A stretch of DNA of 37,021 bases. Origin: Folioceros fuciformis. Taxonomy: Eukaryota. Shown in pieces: positions 34,476-37,021 of this stretch. How positions within the stretch are numbered: position 1 is the first letter of the stretch; each line of letters starts with the position of its first letter. The stretch lies in contig JBNGIO010004566.1 in NCBI GenBank assembly GCA_049999805.1, forward strand, positions 1 to 37,021, written 5' to 3'. A program made the position numbers and the translations under genes. Below the pieces are notes generated by a model that had not been told where the DNA came from, made no database searches, and saw only the letters and a list, made by a program, of their open reading frames with translations.

Positions 34476-35482
34476 TTGCTACAGGATCCTTCCTTCATCC
34501 AGCAAGTCCGGATCGGGTGATACAAATTTTGTCTTCTTTCACGTTGTCAGTTTCACGACTTGCGCTGCGCACCCTGGCAAAGCTGAAACTTGAAGTCGTT
34601 CCTTACTCCACGCAAGAAGCGAGCCCAGACCCACAGGGTTTAGGGGCCCCACAGTTTCTCTCTACGACAGGTTTCTTACTCCACGTGACGATGCCAGCCC
34701 AATTGGGTCCACACAGTTTCTTCCTTACTAAAAGTGAAAATACTTGCAGGAACAGGCAACCCAGACGACCCGTCCTCCGTCAACCGCCCAGCCAGCGGCG
34801 GCAGGCTGGTTAAAAACTTTCCTACGCATCCAAAATTTTTGACAGGTGTGCCAATCACTTATTTTTTATCCTCCCAATCTTTGTTCATAGCCATTTTAGG
34901 AAGAGCACTTTAAGTAAGAAAGCCTGTAAGTTGATACACATAATGGATGTTAGAGTGCAAATTCCATTCCATTCCATTATACTACTAAGCAGGTTTTAGG
35001 AGATATAACATGTTCTAGATTTGTTTATAATTGTTTTCCTCTATTGCTATTGATAGGAAGTTAACAGGGTATCTTTGTAAGTATACCAAGGTAATAAGGC
35101 AAAACGTTGTATGTACTATCAAAGCAATGTAGGTACTTTCCTCACATCCCTAAGTAGATGTTGTGAATATAAATAAATTATAAATCATAATAATAATAAT
35201 AAAGAACTTATTTATAAACATTGATTTGCAGATACTAAAAGAAGTAGACTATCCTTACCCTGGCCAGTCTACCCTGGCCAGTCTACTAATCAACACACAG
35301 GACGTACTTGCACGTCACGTGAGGTGGCAAACGTTAGACCCACCTTACAAACATCTGAAAAGGATAGAATCGTTCCACCGGAGGCAGGCTACTAACTATG
35401 GTTACTATATCTGAGACGTGTGTACCTGCCTTCACACTCCTTAGCCGTCGCCCTCGTCACAAAACTGAAATTTTATCATTTC

Positions 35483-35548
35483 AAGGCACAAGGGATTCGA
35501 ACCCAAATCCTCTCACAACACGAGGGGCTGCCCATCTAGCAGTGCCTC
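35483..35548 (-). other. tRNA-like element (SINE head or tRNA pseudogene)
   Basis: The minus strand has a canonical T-loop/B box GGG-TTCGAAT-CCC, pairing ends AGGCAC/GTGCCT and a CTGC-TAGATGG-GCAG hairpin. The anticodon arm is non-canonical. Confidence 0.4.
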
Positions 35549-36259
35549 TTTCACCACCAATGATTCCACCACCTCCTGCATCCAGTTTCCGATCCTGCTG
35601 ACAGCAGGCAGTTTGCAGTATCAACCTCCCTCTAATACTTATCCTGCAGCGACTTTCATTTTCAATTGCGAGACACCAAGCCACCTAGGAGCGAGTTGCT
35701 TCTTACCAAAAAGGAAGGCGGGCGGGCGCGCGGGGCGAGACGAGCTTCCTATACACATATATCCAGAAAGCTCTCACCTTCCATTAAATGATGAGGGAGT
35801 AGACTCCTAAGACTCTATAGACTGCGGACCCAGTTGGGAAACTCCATTACCACTGCCCTCTATGATGCTTGCTTTTTCTGAACAAAAGTGCATACTCTCA
35901 TGGATGGGGCGAATACACCCTGACATGCACTGAATCAACCTTTCATACCACAGGATGCCCTTTGTCCGTGCACCATGCATCATGTTAATATTAACCCGAA
36001 CAGTGGCACACACGAGTGAAACGAGCGACGTTCGATCGTGAGCAATATAACGTAACAATCCAATCATGGCCGTCTGCTCTTGGGGCATAGAACGTTGATC
36101 TAAGCCATAAACCCACACCTTCTCACGCATCGTCCACCTCCATTCAACATAGCAACCCTATAACATCAGAAAAAGGGGGGGATTAGACTGTTCAACTTGT
36201 GAACAGGGTCAGCTCATACACTACTAACTAGTACTCAACAGACTTGGCAACAAAAATGC

Positions 36260-37021
36260 AGGGCTACAGTGACGGTGACAAAACGAATTCGTTACCAAAA
36301 CTTAACAGCACCCTGTGTCTCCGCACATTCAAAGAATTAGGCACCACAAACGTCCCTCTTGCAAAAACGTAGACCAAAACAAGATACGTTGCTGCTAGCT
36401 GCATTTGGATACTGAGACACCGCCGATTTATCAGCTTCCAAGGGGCAACTGACAACCTATGTACAGCCTGCGATTCAACTTCAAGGAGATTTGAAGCAAG
36501 CAGGTGGGAGATAGAGATGAAGTGGATGCCATCCATAAATTGTACCAAGCATCTATTCAGAGAGAGGAGACATGTAGCTCAGTTCTTGCAGCTCGACATA
36601 CACTCACATGGAGTTCGACAGATTTTGGACGGGACAAGAACCTGATTGGTGACACCATGACATGGATGAAGGTCTTGTGAACATTAAACCCATTGGTGAA
36701 GGAAAACCAGAACCAATGTCCAACGAGTTTTGGCAATTTCCAGGAAACACAACAGAGCCAGTTTAAGGGAACTGCTTCCCCAAGACCTAAAAGATCCTCT
36801 GTTACCTCCAACCGACTTGAAAATTGATATTCGATATCCCCATGCAAAGTGACTGGACTGCTGTGCTTCTGGGCTCCACACGAGGTATCCTGTTCGCAGC
36901 TACAAACATTGAAGAGACAAGCTCTTGGGTCTCAAATAGCCTTAGCAACTATAAGGCTGGCCTTGCTAACAAGTAGGGCACAAGTCATAGCGAAGTTAAG
37001 TGCAGCTCACAGACCTGACAG
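36260..37021 (-). mobile_element. Possible degenerate non-LTR retrotransposon 3' remnant
   Basis: Broken minus-strand frames show W...WKLPKL...WFW and (C)SVCRAARTELHV....W, reminiscent of the zinc-binding region after LINE reverse transcriptase. No RT core motif is seen. Confidence 0.25.

Noticed and set aside
35256-35322. 14-bp tandem duplication (taccctggccagtc x2) and cacgtcacgtg G-box-like site
   Set aside because: Short, with no associated gene start nearby; not distinguishable from chance or slippage.
36168-36186. Purine run resembling an LTR polypurine tract
   Set aside because: It is not followed by TG, and no LTR or integrase sequence is recognisable.

Overview
Gene-dense nuclear DNA from a land plant, with short GT-AG introns (mostly about 70-150 nt) and very short intergenic spacers. 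The content fits a seed-free lineage with massive organellar RNA editing, most plausibly a compact hornwort-like genome; this is inference, and fern or lycophyte is not excluded. The window is dominated by a cluster of paralogous PLS-class PPR genes: five apparently intact, one pseudogene and one decayed fragment. All six full-length copies end in E1-E2-E+ with a PG box and lack a catalytic DYW domain. Interspersed are a 3-exon PDCT/ROD1, a multi-exon PFK5-like phosphofructokinase, a multi-exon cytosolic phenylalanyl-tRNA synthetase beta subunit, and at the left edge the probable 3' end of a microbial-type terpene synthase. The strongest novelty candidate is the PFK5-like gene. Its last exon reads through the usual C-terminus ([13 protein letters not shown]) for 425 more codons, giving a Ser/Pro repeat linker plus an unrecognised domain of about 150 aa. 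Two N gaps are present, and the 100-N gap in one PPR gene looks like an assembly artefact.
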